Origin: a bacterium | Lineage (GTDB): Bacteria > Patescibacteriota > Minisyncoccia > Phycocordibacterales > CALRBL01 | DNA: 64,000 bases | Direction of reading: 5' to 3' | NCBI GenBank assembly: GCA_027487075.1 | Contig: JAIYEG010000002.1 | Span: 1,244-65,243, forward strand | In this document: piece after piece, positions 17,745-26,691 of the stretch | Numbering within the stretch: the first letter of the stretch is position 1 | Layout of the letters: every line of letters begins with the position of its first letter | Position numbers and translations under genes: made by a program | Notes under the pieces: generated by a model | Database searches by the model: none | Told to the model about the DNA's origin: nothing | The model's input: the letters and a program-made list of their open reading frames with translations, nothing else

Positions 17745-18485
17745 TTACCCCATCCCCAACTCCTCAAACAATCCCGCTAATTCGTCACCTTCAATTTTGC
17801 GGTGTGCATTTGCAGGAAGGGTTCCTAGTCTGATATTCATAATACGTGTGCGTTTCAAGTCCACCACTTCATTGTGCATCACTTCCACCATGCGGCGGAT
17901 TTGGTGTTTCTTTCCTTCGGTGAGGATAATGCTAAAACTTTTTTCATCAAGAATTTTCACTTTGCACGGCTTAGTCTGATAGTCGTCGATCATCAAACCA
18001 TTCTGCATGTATTCTTTGAAGCTTGGTCGAAGCGGATTCTTTACTTTCACCACGTATTCTTTTTCGTGATCGCGGTCGGGGTTTAGGAGTTTGTCGGTGA
18101 GGCGACCGTCATTGGTGAGGAGAATGAGTCCGTGTGAGAGTTTGTCGAGGCGGCCGATAGGGAACACGCCTTTAAGGTTTGCAGATTGCACGATGTCTTT
18201 TTCTCCCATTTGAGGTGAGTGGGTGATGACACCCACCGGCTTATTGTATGCATAGTAGACAAACGGTGTGTGTTTGCCCGAGTGCTTCACCTCCACCTGA
18301 TCGCCCTCCTTTACCTTGCTTCCAAGCTCAGCGAGCACACCGTTAATAAACACCTTCTTTTTGAGAATGAGTTCATCAGCACCGCGTCGGGTGCAGATGT
18401 TTTGGTGAGCGAGGTATTTGTTGATACGCATCGGGTATTCGGGTTTTTCCTCCGAAGTGATCTTTTTGGTAGGTGTTTTCTTCAT
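17745..18485 (-). CDS. rRNA pseudouridine synthase (RsuA/RluB family) with an S4 domain
   Basis: It has an S4-like N-terminus ('RINKYLAHQNICTRRGADELI') and the catalytic 'GRLDKLSHGLILLTNDG'. The start is at 'MKKTPTKK'. Confidence 0.8.
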   Translation of the reverse strand: MKKTPTKKITSEEKPEYPMRINKYLAHQNICTRRGADELILKKKVFINGVLAELGSKVKEGDQVEVKHSGKHTPFVYYAYNKPVGVITHSPQMGEKDIVQSANLKGVFPIGRLDKLSHGLILLTNDGRLTDKLLNPDRDHEKEYVVKVKNPLRPSFKEYMQNGLMIDDYQTKPCKVKILDEKSFSIILTEGKKHQIRRMVEVMHNEVVDLKRTRIMNIRLGTLPANAHRKIEGDELAGLFEELGMG

Positions 18486-18672
18486 GTAGGGTGAGTATAC
18501 ACGGAAAGGTATGTATTGCATAATTTGTTGTAGTTCATGTGTCTTCCTAAAAACCTGCTTGGAAAAAACATTGCGGAGCACGACGGTGCGAGCATAAGAA
18601 TTTTCTAGTAAGAAAATATCTGTGTTTTTGGAAAGCATGGTCTTTTAGGAAGTCACACACTATAATAAATAC

Positions 18673-19284
18673 ATGCTCAACACCTCTACCGGCTACAACG
18701 CAAACAAAGACAATCGCGGTGTCGAGGCTGAGCGCATGAAGCGTGCAAAAGAGCAGCAAGAACGTGCACACAAAATGCATCTTGCGAGTGATATTGCTGC
18801 CAAGAAGAACTTTCTGTTCTCGACGACGACCACGATCAATATGAAATCGTCGGTGATGAAAGGAAAGGAAATGCGCTTGCGTGTCCTCGAAAATGAAATC
18901 GCCGCACTTGAAGCAAAGAAGCGCCAGCTCGAAAGTCATGAGCGTGCGACTCAAACTACCCACGAACAACAACTCCACAAAGAACTTTCTCAGCTTGAAG
19001 CCGATATCATCAGAGTTAAGCAAAACATTGAACGCGAAAAGAAAGAGCTCGCGACACTCGAGAAGAAGGCTCAAGAACTCAAGCAATCAAAAGACAAGCC
19101 GCTACCGACGGGTGCTCATGGAAAAATGGAAATGGAGAGTGTGGATCGCCAAAAGCAACTCAAAGAACGAGAGCTCGAAAATACCAAGCGTGAACACGAT
19201 ACCTTGAAGCACGAAATCGAACAGCTCGAACGTGACAAAGCAAAACTCGAAATGGAGCTTCGAAAGCTTGAAATGGAAAGGTAG
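18673..19284 (+). CDS. Coiled-coil protein (K/E/R/Q-rich), hypothetical
   Basis: 203 aa with an almost entirely heptad-like charged composition. Confidence 0.45.
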   Translation: MLNTSTGYNANKDNRGVEAERMKRAKEQQERAHKMHLASDIAAKKNFLFSTTTTINMKSSVMKGKEMRLRVLENEIAALEAKKRQLESHERATQTTHEQQLHKELSQLEADIIRVKQNIEREKKELATLEKKAQELKQSKDKPLPTGAHGKMEMESVDRQKQLKERELENTKREHDTLKHEIEQLERDKAKLEMELRKLEMER

Positions 19285-19351
19285 AAGCGTATACTGCACG
19301 TATGCGAAGCACCCTTGAGCGCCCGCATTTAATAGCTCTCATTACTTCACC

Positions 19352-19504
19352 ATGCTTACTACCATTGCTACTATCCTTCTTGTTTTGTGGCTGGTCGGTC
19401 TCGTTTCAGGATTTACAATCAATAACCTGATCCATATTCTTTTGGTGGTTGCTATCGTGCTATTCCTCATCCGTATTATTCGAAGTGAAAATCCGTTGAA
19501 GTAG
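19352..19504 (+). CDS. Small hydrophobic membrane protein (50 aa; lmo0937/DUF-like)
   Basis: Reading frame MLTTIATILLVLWLVGLVSGFTINNLIHILLVVAIVLFLIRIIRSENPLK. It is not in the ORF track because it is under 60 aa. Confidence 0.35.
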   Translation: MLTTIATILLVLWLVGLVSGFTINNLIHILLVVAIVLFLIRIIRSENPLK

Positions 19505-19576
19505 AAGAACGCGCGCGTTAGAAAATAGTGAGAGAACCTCGAGGACAGCTTCGAGGTTTTCTTGTATAGTAGATGC

Positions 19577-20332
19577 ATGGAACGAAATATACACGCAGAC
19601 GTGATTGTATTTGATTTGGATAATACGCTGGCACGCAGTAAGACGATCATAGATGAAGAAATGGGTGGACTTCTTGCAGAGCTTCTCACCAAAAAGAAAG
19701 TGGCAGTGGTATCGGGTGGTAGTATGGCGCAGTTTAAGAAAGAGTTGCTCGATCCACTTCCTCCTCCATACGACAATTTACACTTATTCCCAACCGACGG
19801 TACCGCGTATTTTAAGTGGGACACCGCAACTCACGCATGGAAGCCTGTTTACCAAAAATTATTCAGCGAAGATGAAAAGGCAAAAATTCTCGCAGCATTT
19901 GCTGAGGTGTTGCCGGCTGCAGGATTCAGCGCAACAGGTGCAATTGGTAAAATCATCGAAGATCGTGGTTCGCAGATTACGTTCTCTGGACTTGGTCAGG
20001 ATGCGCCACTTGAACGCAAGCAGGTGTGGGATGCCGACAAACAGATTCGTGTAAAGATCGTGGAACTGCTCGCACCGAAACTTCCTGACTACGAACTCAT
20101 GATTGCGGGCACTACCTCAATCGACGTGACCGCAAAAGGCCTCGATAAGGCATATGCCATTCATAAGATCAGCGAGGAGCTTAATGTCGACGTGCCGAAG
20201 ATGGTGTTTATCGGCGATGCAATCTTCGAAGGGGGGAATGATTATCCAGTAGTATCAACAGGTGTGCCGTATATTAAGGTGACCGATCCTGAGGATACAA
20301 AACAGGTGATTCGTGAGATAATAAATATATGA
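19577..20332 (+). CDS. HAD-superfamily hydrolase (sugar-phosphatase-like, subfamily IIB-like)
   Basis: It has the N-terminal 'FDLDNTL' motif I and the C-terminal 'GDAIFEGGNDYP' motif IV. Confidence 0.7.
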   Translation: MERNIHADVIVFDLDNTLARSKTIIDEEMGGLLAELLTKKKVAVVSGGSMAQFKKELLDPLPPPYDNLHLFPTDGTAYFKWDTATHAWKPVYQKLFSEDEKAKILAAFAEVLPAAGFSATGAIGKIIEDRGSQITFSGLGQDAPLERKQVWDADKQIRVKIVELLAPKLPDYELMIAGTTSIDVTAKGLDKAYAIHKISEELNVDVPKMVFIGDAIFEGGNDYPVVSTGVPYIKVTDPEDTKQVIREIINI

Positions 20333-20928
20333 TACAACCATACGCAGCGCGCACACATGAAAAGATGAAAGAAGTTTTGATGGACCCAACCGCGCAAGGT
20401 CCTGAGATTCACTATTACATGATCCGCGGGGGAAGCGACAAGCGCAACGTGACGGTGTGGGAGACGGGAACCGTGGGTGGTGAATACATCAAAACCTATG
20501 GTCACTACCATATCGGCAACTTGTGCGAGATCTATTGGATCAAGCAAGGTGAGGGAATTATTCTGCTTCAAGAACGCGCAAGCACTGACCCCAATGAAAA
20601 GTCGGTGAAGAGTTTCAAGGCAGTGTATGCAAAAGCGGGAGATGAAGTGTTCATTCCTGCTGGTATCGGGCATCTCATGGTCAACACTGGCTCGACATGG
20701 CTCGTGACGGTCGATGATAGTCCGGTGAACTTCGAAGAAAAAGATCCGGTGTCGCTTCCTGGTCATGCTGATTACGAAAGCGTGCATAAGATGAAGGGGT
20801 TTGCATACTATGTGGTGAACAAGGATGGTGTGCCGACATTTGTGAAAAATGAAATGTATGATCAAGTGCCTGAGGTGGAGGTGCTGACCGCGGATGAATA
20901 TCGAGAGAAATATCCGCGGAAAGATTAA
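20329..20928 (+). CDS. pgiA: Cupin-type glucose-6-phosphate isomerase (archaeal-type cPGI)
   Basis: It has 'TYGHYH' and 'IPAGIGHLMVN' metal-binding His motifs equivalent to the Pyrococcus cPGI 'TKGHFH' and 'YWAHRTVN'. Its length is about 200 aa. Confidence 0.65.
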   Translation: MIQPYAARTHEKMKEVLMDPTAQGPEIHYYMIRGGSDKRNVTVWETGTVGGEYIKTYGHYHIGNLCEIYWIKQGEGIILLQERASTDPNEKSVKSFKAVYAKAGDEVFIPAGIGHLMVNTGSTWLVTVDDSPVNFEEKDPVSLPGHADYESVHKMKGFAYYVVNKDGVPTFVKNEMYDQVPEVEVLTADEYREKYPRKD

Positions 20929-20970
20929 ATGTAAATGGGAAGAAGAGTGCTGAATGTGTCTTTTTAGTGA

Positions 20971-21008
20971 TTTTTTTCTAAGGTCACAATTTGTGACCTT
21001 AGAAAAAA
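20971..21008. terminator. A 38-bp perfect palindrome (TTTTTTTCTAAGGTCACAATTTGTGACCTTAGAAAAAA) acting as a bidirectional terminator. This is copy 1 of 2.
   Basis: The 11-12-bp stem is flanked by T7 and A6 runs between convergent genes. It is identical to the element at 27731-27768 except for the loop orientation. Confidence 0.7.
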
Positions 21009-21077
21009 TAGTGAAATGAGTGTGTATAAAAAGAACCGCCTCCTGCACGAAGCAGGAGGCGGGGTTCGTTTGACTGT

Positions 21078-21377
21078 TCAATCGCCACCACGAAGTCGAC
21101 GAATGACGCGCACCATTTTGTCATCGGGATGCACGCCAGCACCAATCTTCGGATCAGGTTTAAGAACCGCATCGTTGTACCAACTGTGATTGAGGTACCG
21201 ACACAGAAGCCAGCAACCATCCTTTCGGACAATTGAATCTCTGTGATGCCTATACCAGTCGGCCGCGAGAGCCGTTTCAGGTGCATCTTGTACTTCATCG
21301 AGATCGACGAGGTACGTGTCGGCACCACCTTCCCAGAGGACGGTGCGTTCTATTAGGCGGTGAGCAATTTCGCTCAT
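21078..21377 (-). CDS. Hypothetical protein
   Basis: 99-aa ORF bounded by the palindromic terminator. No family recognised. Confidence 0.35.
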   Translation of the reverse strand: MSEIAHRLIERTVLWEGGADTYLVDLDEVQDAPETALAADWYRHHRDSIVRKDGCWLLCRYLNHSWYNDAVLKPDPKIGAGVHPDDKMVRVIRRLRGGD

Positions 21378-21523
21378 GGTTGTTCCTTTCTGCGGTGAGG
21401 CAGAAGGATATACCAGAGCTCTACTGTTTATTAATGAGGTATGCTTCTGCCCCGAGTTTATTCAGAGCTTCGAGTGATTTTTATCACATTTATATAATAT
21501 GTCAAGTATCATGTGGAGGTGTA

Positions 21524-22804
21524 CTAAAGCACGTCTTTTATCTCCCACATCTTCATACTATTACTCCCTTTGATGAGTACTGCCGAGTTTCGGATGCTCG
21601 AAGCGAATGGTGAACCGAGAAAAGCTGCTCGGTCAGGAAATGCAGCATAACGCTTCACGGATTCGTGGGCTTTGGTGAATGCGGGGCCGATGAGAACGAC
21701 ATTAGTGAATCCATAGAAAGAAATGTCGTTGAGAATGTTTGCATGTTCTTTTTCTTCGTACGCGCCGAGTTCCTTCATGTCGCCAAGGATAAGCCACTTT
21801 GGTTTTGTGGTGGTGTAGCGAGAAAATGATTCGATAACAGCGTGCATGCTCGAAGGGTTGGCATTGTATGCATCGAGAATGATGTCATTGCCTTTTGAGG
21901 TGCTGATGATCTGGCTGCGCATGTTGGTCGGCACGTAGTTTCGGAGTGCTTTGTTAATGGTCACGGTCGGCACTTTGAAATGCTTGCCGATTGCATATGC
22001 CGTGCGCATGTTTTCCTTATTGTAGTCGCCGAAGAGGTTTGGATTCTCGGGAACTACCTCCTGGCCGTAGCGGATAGTGACGGCACTGCACCCTGGGTCG
22101 ATGGAATACAACAGAGAGGTAAGAGATGGGTCGGTTTCATTGATGAACACGATCGCCATATGATCGCGGAGGTATTCATAGAGTTCACCATTTGCTATGG
22201 CAACATTTTCTTTTGAGCCGAAGCCTTCGAGGTGGTCGCTGCCGTTGTTGGTGATGACGCCATGTGTTGGTGCTACGATTTCGCAAAGTGCCGCAGTTTC
22301 TTTGAGGTGGTTGGCGCCAATTTCGATGACGGCAATCTCGGTGCTTTTTTTGATGCGCAGGAGCGTGAGTGGTACGCCGATATGATTGTTGTGATTGTCT
22401 TCGGTCTTCACGATGAGATACTTTTCGGAGAGGACCGCAGCGGTGAGCTCTTTGGTGGTGGTTTTGCCGTTTGATCCACAAATAGCGATCACGGGCATGG
22501 AATATTGCATGCGATGGTGGTGCGCGAGTGTCTGGAGTGCCGTGAGTGCGTCGTGAGTGGCACCTTCGTGCTCGAAGTAGATGATGCGATCTGCGTTCTT
22601 TTCAAAGCGCGGGTCAGCCTTGAGTGAGAGGTCGTCGACTACTGCCGCAGCAGCGCCTTTGTCGAGTGCCTCGAATGCAAACTGATTGCCATCAAAGCTC
22701 TCGCCCTTGAGAGCAAAAAACAGGGAATTGCGGGCGATCTTGCGGGTATCGGTCGACACGCTGTCGCATTCTTTGAAGAGGTGATACAGCTCAGTGAGAT
22801 TCAT
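21524..22804 (-). CDS. murF: UDP-N-acetylmuramoyl-tripeptide--D-alanyl-D-alanine ligase
   Basis: It has the Mur ligase P-loop 'ICGSNGKTTTKE' and the typical MurF domain order and length. Confidence 0.85.
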   Translation of the reverse strand: MNLTELYHLFKECDSVSTDTRKIARNSLFFALKGESFDGNQFAFEALDKGAAAAVVDDLSLKADPRFEKNADRIIYFEHEGATHDALTALQTLAHHHRMQYSMPVIAICGSNGKTTTKELTAAVLSEKYLIVKTEDNHNNHIGVPLTLLRIKKSTEIAVIEIGANHLKETAALCEIVAPTHGVITNNGSDHLEGFGSKENVAIANGELYEYLRDHMAIVFINETDPSLTSLLYSIDPGCSAVTIRYGQEVVPENPNLFGDYNKENMRTAYAIGKHFKVPTVTINKALRNYVPTNMRSQIISTSKGNDIILDAYNANPSSMHAVIESFSRYTTTKPKWLILGDMKELGAYEEKEHANILNDISFYGFTNVVLIGPAFTKAHESVKRYAAFPDRAAFLGSPFASSIRNSAVLIKGSNSMKMWEIKDVL

Positions 22805-22867
22805 GTGAATATCGTAGCATATCTTTCTCGTTGATTATGTGAATAAATATTGTGGAACATTTGATGA

Positions 22868-23332
22868 GTGAGATGGGAGGATGGGGTGATGGAGGAATAT
22901 GATGTGTGGAATGAAGATAAGAAGCAACTTGCGAAAATAAGTAAGCGATTCATGTTCAAAGTGGGTGAAATCTGGTGGTGTTCTGTTGGCTTAAATATCG
23001 GAACTGAAGTGAGGGGAAAAGGTGATAAATTTCGTCGTCCGATTCTTATACTTAAGAAACTTTCGTATGATTCTTGTGTTGGATTGCCTTTGACTACTCA
23101 ACCAAAGAAAGGAAGTTGGTATCTAGAGGTGTGCATTCCTGAGGGAAGAAGGTGGATTATGCTTCACCAAATTAAAATGGTGCATGTTAAAAGATTTCAA
23201 AAGAAACTCTCACAAATTTCCCAAGAAGATTTCCAAAAGACAAAAGAAAAACTCGGGCAGTTGCTCGAGTTGTTAGATCATCACCCAGCCGTCGCTGGGA
23301 TCGATGGGATGGCTCCCCAAAATGTGCCGTAA
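22868..23332 (+). CDS. PemK/MazF-fold (Kid-like) endoribonuclease-toxin homologue, orphan
   Basis: 'VGEIWWCSVGLNIGTEVRG...RRPILIL...GLPLTT' follows the MazF/Kid pattern GEIW..G.E..G.RP.LVL..TT. No antitoxin-sized ORF lies upstream. Confidence 0.55.
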   Translation: MRWEDGVMEEYDVWNEDKKQLAKISKRFMFKVGEIWWCSVGLNIGTEVRGKGDKFRRPILILKKLSYDSCVGLPLTTQPKKGSWYLEVCIPEGRRWIMLHQIKMVHVKRFQKKLSQISQEDFQKTKEKLGQLLELLDHHPAVAGIDGMAPQNVP

Positions 23333-23371
23333 CGTTATTTCAGCACGATTAAACTATATACCAAATCAAAC

Positions 23372-25087
23372 ATGAGTCAATGCGTAAATAAATCAAAACT
23401 AATATATAATCCTCCCATGACCCAAAAGGAAGCATTCGACATACTGAAGACTGGAGTAAACGTGTATATCACGGGTGCTGCTGGCGCAGGCAAGACGCAC
23501 CTTCTCAATATGTATATCGACTATCTGCGCGAGCACGACGTGGCCTTCGGCATCACCGCATCCACGGGTATCGCAGCAACACACATGGGTGGAGTGACAA
23601 TTCACTCATGGACAGGGCTTGGGGTGCGAAGCGAGCTCACACCCTATGATCTCGAGTCACTTCAAGAAAAACAATATCTGTACCGGCGTATCGAAAAAGC
23701 GAGTGTGCTTATTATCGACGAGGTATCGATGCTCCACCATTTTCGTCTCGATATGATTGATCAGGTACTCCGCGCATTCAAGCGTGTGGATGCACCCTTT
23801 GGTGGGATGCAGGTGGTGCTGTGTGGAGACTTTTTCCAGCTCCCGCCAGTGTCGCGCATGGGTGAACCTGATCCAAAATTTATCTACCATTCTCGTGCAT
23901 GGAAAGAAGGGCAGTTTAAGGTCTGCTACCTCGAAGAGCAGTTTCGTCACAATGATGATGTGGCGGTGCGTGTACTCAACGATATCCGCAATGATCGCGT
24001 CGATCGTGGCACTATGCAACATATCGAACATCGCTTCACGACTGAGCGTTCAGAGATGTCGCCGCTTCGTTTGTACACACACAATGTTGATGTCGACAAG
24101 GTGAATGACCAAGAGCTCTACCGACTTCGTGGTGACATGATGACCTACGACATGGAAACACGTGGTAATGCAACACTCGTCGATATATTGAAGAAGAGCT
24201 GTTTGGCTCCAGAATTTTTGAAGCTCAAGGTGGGAGCGAAGGTAATGTTCGTGAAGAATAATTTTGAGGCAGGATATGCAAACGGTACGCTTGGTATCGT
24301 CAAAGAGCTCGAGGGCTTTAGTGGTGGTCCCGTAGTGGAGACGTACGGAGGCAAAACCATTGAAGTACCTGTCGAGAGTTGGGTCATCGAAGAAGATGGC
24401 AAAATAAAAGCAGAGCTCAAGCAATATCCACTTCGTTTGGCATGGGCAATCACCATCCACAAGAGTCAGGGAATGAGTTTGGATATGGTGGAGGTGGATT
24501 TGTCACGCTCCTTCGAAAAGGGTATGGGATATGTGGCGCTGTCGCGTGTGCGTTCGTGGGATGGGCTGTCGATTCTTGGTTTCAACGATGAAGCACTTGC
24601 GGTGGATGGTGAGGTACTTGCGTATGATAAGCAACTACGAGCGCAATCGAATAAAGCAAAGGCACAACTCTACGAAATGAAGGAAAGTAGCACACTCGCC
24701 AAAAAGCAGGAAACATTCTTGAAGCGTATTTCGCCAAAAGCGAATCCAAAGCAGAAAGTGGTAAAGCCCTCGACATTCCAAAAGACGCTCGCACTCCTTC
24801 AGGAGCAGGTATCACTTGCTCAGATTGCAAAACATCGTGGTGTCACTGAAGAGACGGTACTCTCGCATATCGAAACATTGCTCGAAGAAGGACAGATTAC
24901 GAAAGGCGCGATTGAATATTTGATTAAAGGATTTTCAAAAAAGAAATATGATGAGATTGCCGCCCTTCTTAAGAAATTTCACTCGGAAAATGATGATTGG
25001 CGCCTAGCGCCGGTACGTGCTGCGCTTGGTGACCGTCCGAGCTATCGAGATATTCAGCTGGTGAGGTTGTTTGTGAGGAAGTGGTAG
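23372..25087 (+). CDS. Pif1/RecD-family ATP-dependent DNA helicase with a C-terminal HTH domain
   Basis: It has Walker A 'GAAGAGKT', helicase motifs ('IDEVSMLHH', 'VVLCGDFFQLPPV') and a C-terminal HTH ('IAKHRGVTEETVLSHIETLLEEG'). Confidence 0.8.
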   Translation: MSQCVNKSKLIYNPPMTQKEAFDILKTGVNVYITGAAGAGKTHLLNMYIDYLREHDVAFGITASTGIAATHMGGVTIHSWTGLGVRSELTPYDLESLQEKQYLYRRIEKASVLIIDEVSMLHHFRLDMIDQVLRAFKRVDAPFGGMQVVLCGDFFQLPPVSRMGEPDPKFIYHSRAWKEGQFKVCYLEEQFRHNDDVAVRVLNDIRNDRVDRGTMQHIEHRFTTERSEMSPLRLYTHNVDVDKVNDQELYRLRGDMMTYDMETRGNATLVDILKKSCLAPEFLKLKVGAKVMFVKNNFEAGYANGTLGIVKELEGFSGGPVVETYGGKTIEVPVESWVIEEDGKIKAELKQYPLRLAWAITIHKSQGMSLDMVEVDLSRSFEKGMGYVALSRVRSWDGLSILGFNDEALAVDGEVLAYDKQLRAQSNKAKAQLYEMKESSTLAKKQETFLKRISPKANPKQKVVKPSTFQKTLALLQEQVSLAQIAKHRGVTEETVLSHIETLLEEGQITKGAIEYLIKGFSKKKYDEIAALLKKFHSENDDWRLAPVRAALGDRPSYRDIQLVRLFVRKW

Positions 25088-25218
25088 TAGGGTGAAAATA
25101 GAGAAATAAAAAACCGCCTGCCCCACAATCAGTTACGATGGGGACAGACGGCATATGCTTGTGGGGTCATTGACCTACCTCAAGCTTTGTTAAGGGTTTG
25201 GTTTGCGAAGTTATCGTG

Positions 25219-25578
25219 TCACTGGCGTGAGCTGGTGCGGTCCGATGCCGCAGGCTCGCGCACGTGCGCGATCATCACAGTGTTGCTTTCGCCGAGGTCG
25301 AAGCCGAAGCTCCCGACCCGATACCAGCAGTCAGAGACCGCCGGAGTGTCTTCCTTGAGACGCTCAGTAGCGAAACACTCACACGGTGGTGGAGGTTTCC
25401 CAGTAGAACGAATGAAGGAAAATGTGTCTGGAGGGGGCATAGGTCCGAGAGTGAGTACATCATGGTACTCAAATTCTGGAACAAGCACCTCTCCGAAATT
25501 GGCATCACATTCCTCGGGAATGACGATAACAAGAGATGGTCCGAGGGCCATCAAAACCGCGAAACGAAGAGAACTCAT
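25219..25578 (-). CDS. Small predicted secreted Cys/Pro-containing protein, hypothetical
   Basis: 119 aa with a signal-peptide-like N-terminus. It lies in a locally GC-rich segment and has a terminator hairpin downstream on the minus strand at about 25110-25150. A competing antisense ORF 25187..25597(+) exists. Confidence 0.3.
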   Translation of the reverse strand: MSSLRFAVLMALGPSLVIVIPEECDANFGEVLVPEFEYHDVLTLGPMPPPDTFSFIRSTGKPPPPCECFATERLKEDTPAVSDCWYRVGSFGFDLGESNTVMIAHVREPAASDRTSSRQ

Positions 25579-25655
25579 TGCTTGCGTACGAATGTAGCAC
25601 GATTATGAAAAATGTAAATTTTGTGGTGTGAAGACGAGAAGCATATACTTACGGT

Positions 25656-26060
25656 ATGAATGAAGAAGATATCAAGAAAAAATTGACCTCAGAAGAATAT
25701 ACGGTGCTCCGACAAAAAGGCACCGAAGCTCCTTTTTCTGGAAAGTATGTGAATAGCAAAGAAAAGGGTGTGTATGTGTGTAAGGTGTGCGGACAAAAAT
25801 TATTTTCATCTGATACTAAGTTTGATTCTGGTACCGGATGGCCGAGCTTCTATGATGCGGTGCCTGGAAGTGTCGAGTTTGTACACGATGATACGCATGG
25901 GATGCGACGTACGGAAGTAGTGTGTTCAAAGTGTAAGTCACATCTTGGGCATGTGTTTGATGATGGATTTGGAACACCGACGAATAAACGCGATTGCATG
26001 AACTCGGTGTGTTTGGATTTGTTGCCTGAGTCTGAAGAAAATAAAAACGCCAATAATTAA
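25656..26060 (+). CDS. msrB: Peptide-methionine (R)-S-oxide reductase
   Basis: It has two CxxC zinc motifs and the catalytic 'RxCxN'-region ('GHVFDDG') typical of SelR/MsrB. Confidence 0.85.
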   Translation: MNEEDIKKKLTSEEYTVLRQKGTEAPFSGKYVNSKEKGVYVCKVCGQKLFSSDTKFDSGTGWPSFYDAVPGSVEFVHDDTHGMRRTEVVCSKCKSHLGHVFDDGFGTPTNKRDCMNSVCLDLLPESEENKNANN

Positions 26061-26063
26061 CTA

Positions 26064-26333
26064 ATGTCTAAAACATTTTCTGAAAAAGTGCGAGATGTGG
26101 TGTCAAAGATTCCGAAAGGAAGCGTGATGACCTATAAAGAAGTTGCTAAGAAAGCGGGAAATGAAAAAGCTGCTCGTGCAGTGGGTACGGTGATGCGCAA
26201 AAACTATGACCTTGCCGTATTTTGTCATCGGGTCATCAAAAGTGATGGAACGGTGGGGAATTATAATCGCGGAGGTGCGAAGGTGAAACAAAAGATGCTT
26301 ATTAAAGAAGGAGTGTTAATTGAGCGTATATGA
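26064..26333 (+). CDS. MGMT-family (Ogt C-terminal domain-only) DNA-binding protein
   Basis: 89 aa. It has 'AARAVGTVMRKN' and the active-site-like 'FCHRVI' (the PCHRV variant). Confidence 0.6.
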   Translation: MSKTFSEKVRDVVSKIPKGSVMTYKEVAKKAGNEKAARAVGTVMRKNYDLAVFCHRVIKSDGTVGNYNRGGAKVKQKMLIKEGVLIERI

Positions 26334-26686
26334 ATAACCATGAACAACAGCGTCAGATCAATAGAGAAGAAGTGGTAAGGGAAATTCAGGAATCACATGG
26401 TGATTCAGAATATTTTGATGATGCTCTTAGAGAGTTGATTAGTGCGTGGGCTGAACAAGAATATTATAAACTAGGTTCAGATGCTGAAAGTGTGGTTGGT
26501 CAAATAGGAATTATAATTAGTGAGGCAGAGTTGTTTGCTGATGCTGGTCATCCAAGGATTGCAATAAGTTGCTTGTGGAATGCTTTGCAATGGGCTGAAC
26601 AGTATGATGATGAAAATTTGGAGCGCAGTATAAAGAGTAAAATGCTAGATATTGATCCTTCGTTGGAGTTCGAACCTAAGCAATAA
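26330..26686 (+). CDS. Hypothetical acidic protein
   Basis: 118-aa ORF wedged between the MGMT-like gene and msrA with 4-bp overlaps. Confidence 0.4.
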   Translation: MNNHEQQRQINREEVVREIQESHGDSEYFDDALRELISAWAEQEYYKLGSDAESVVGQIGIIISEAELFADAGHPRIAISCLWNALQWAEQYDDENLERSIKSKMLDIDPSLEFEPKQ

Positions 26687-26691
26687 CCACT

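Noticed and set aside
25187-25597. 136-aa plus-strand ORF antisense to the secreted small ORF
   Set aside because: It has a Gly/Ser/Arg-rich low-complexity translation. The minus-strand alternative has a signal peptide and a downstream terminator. Neither is certain, so I listed only the minus-strand one at low confidence.
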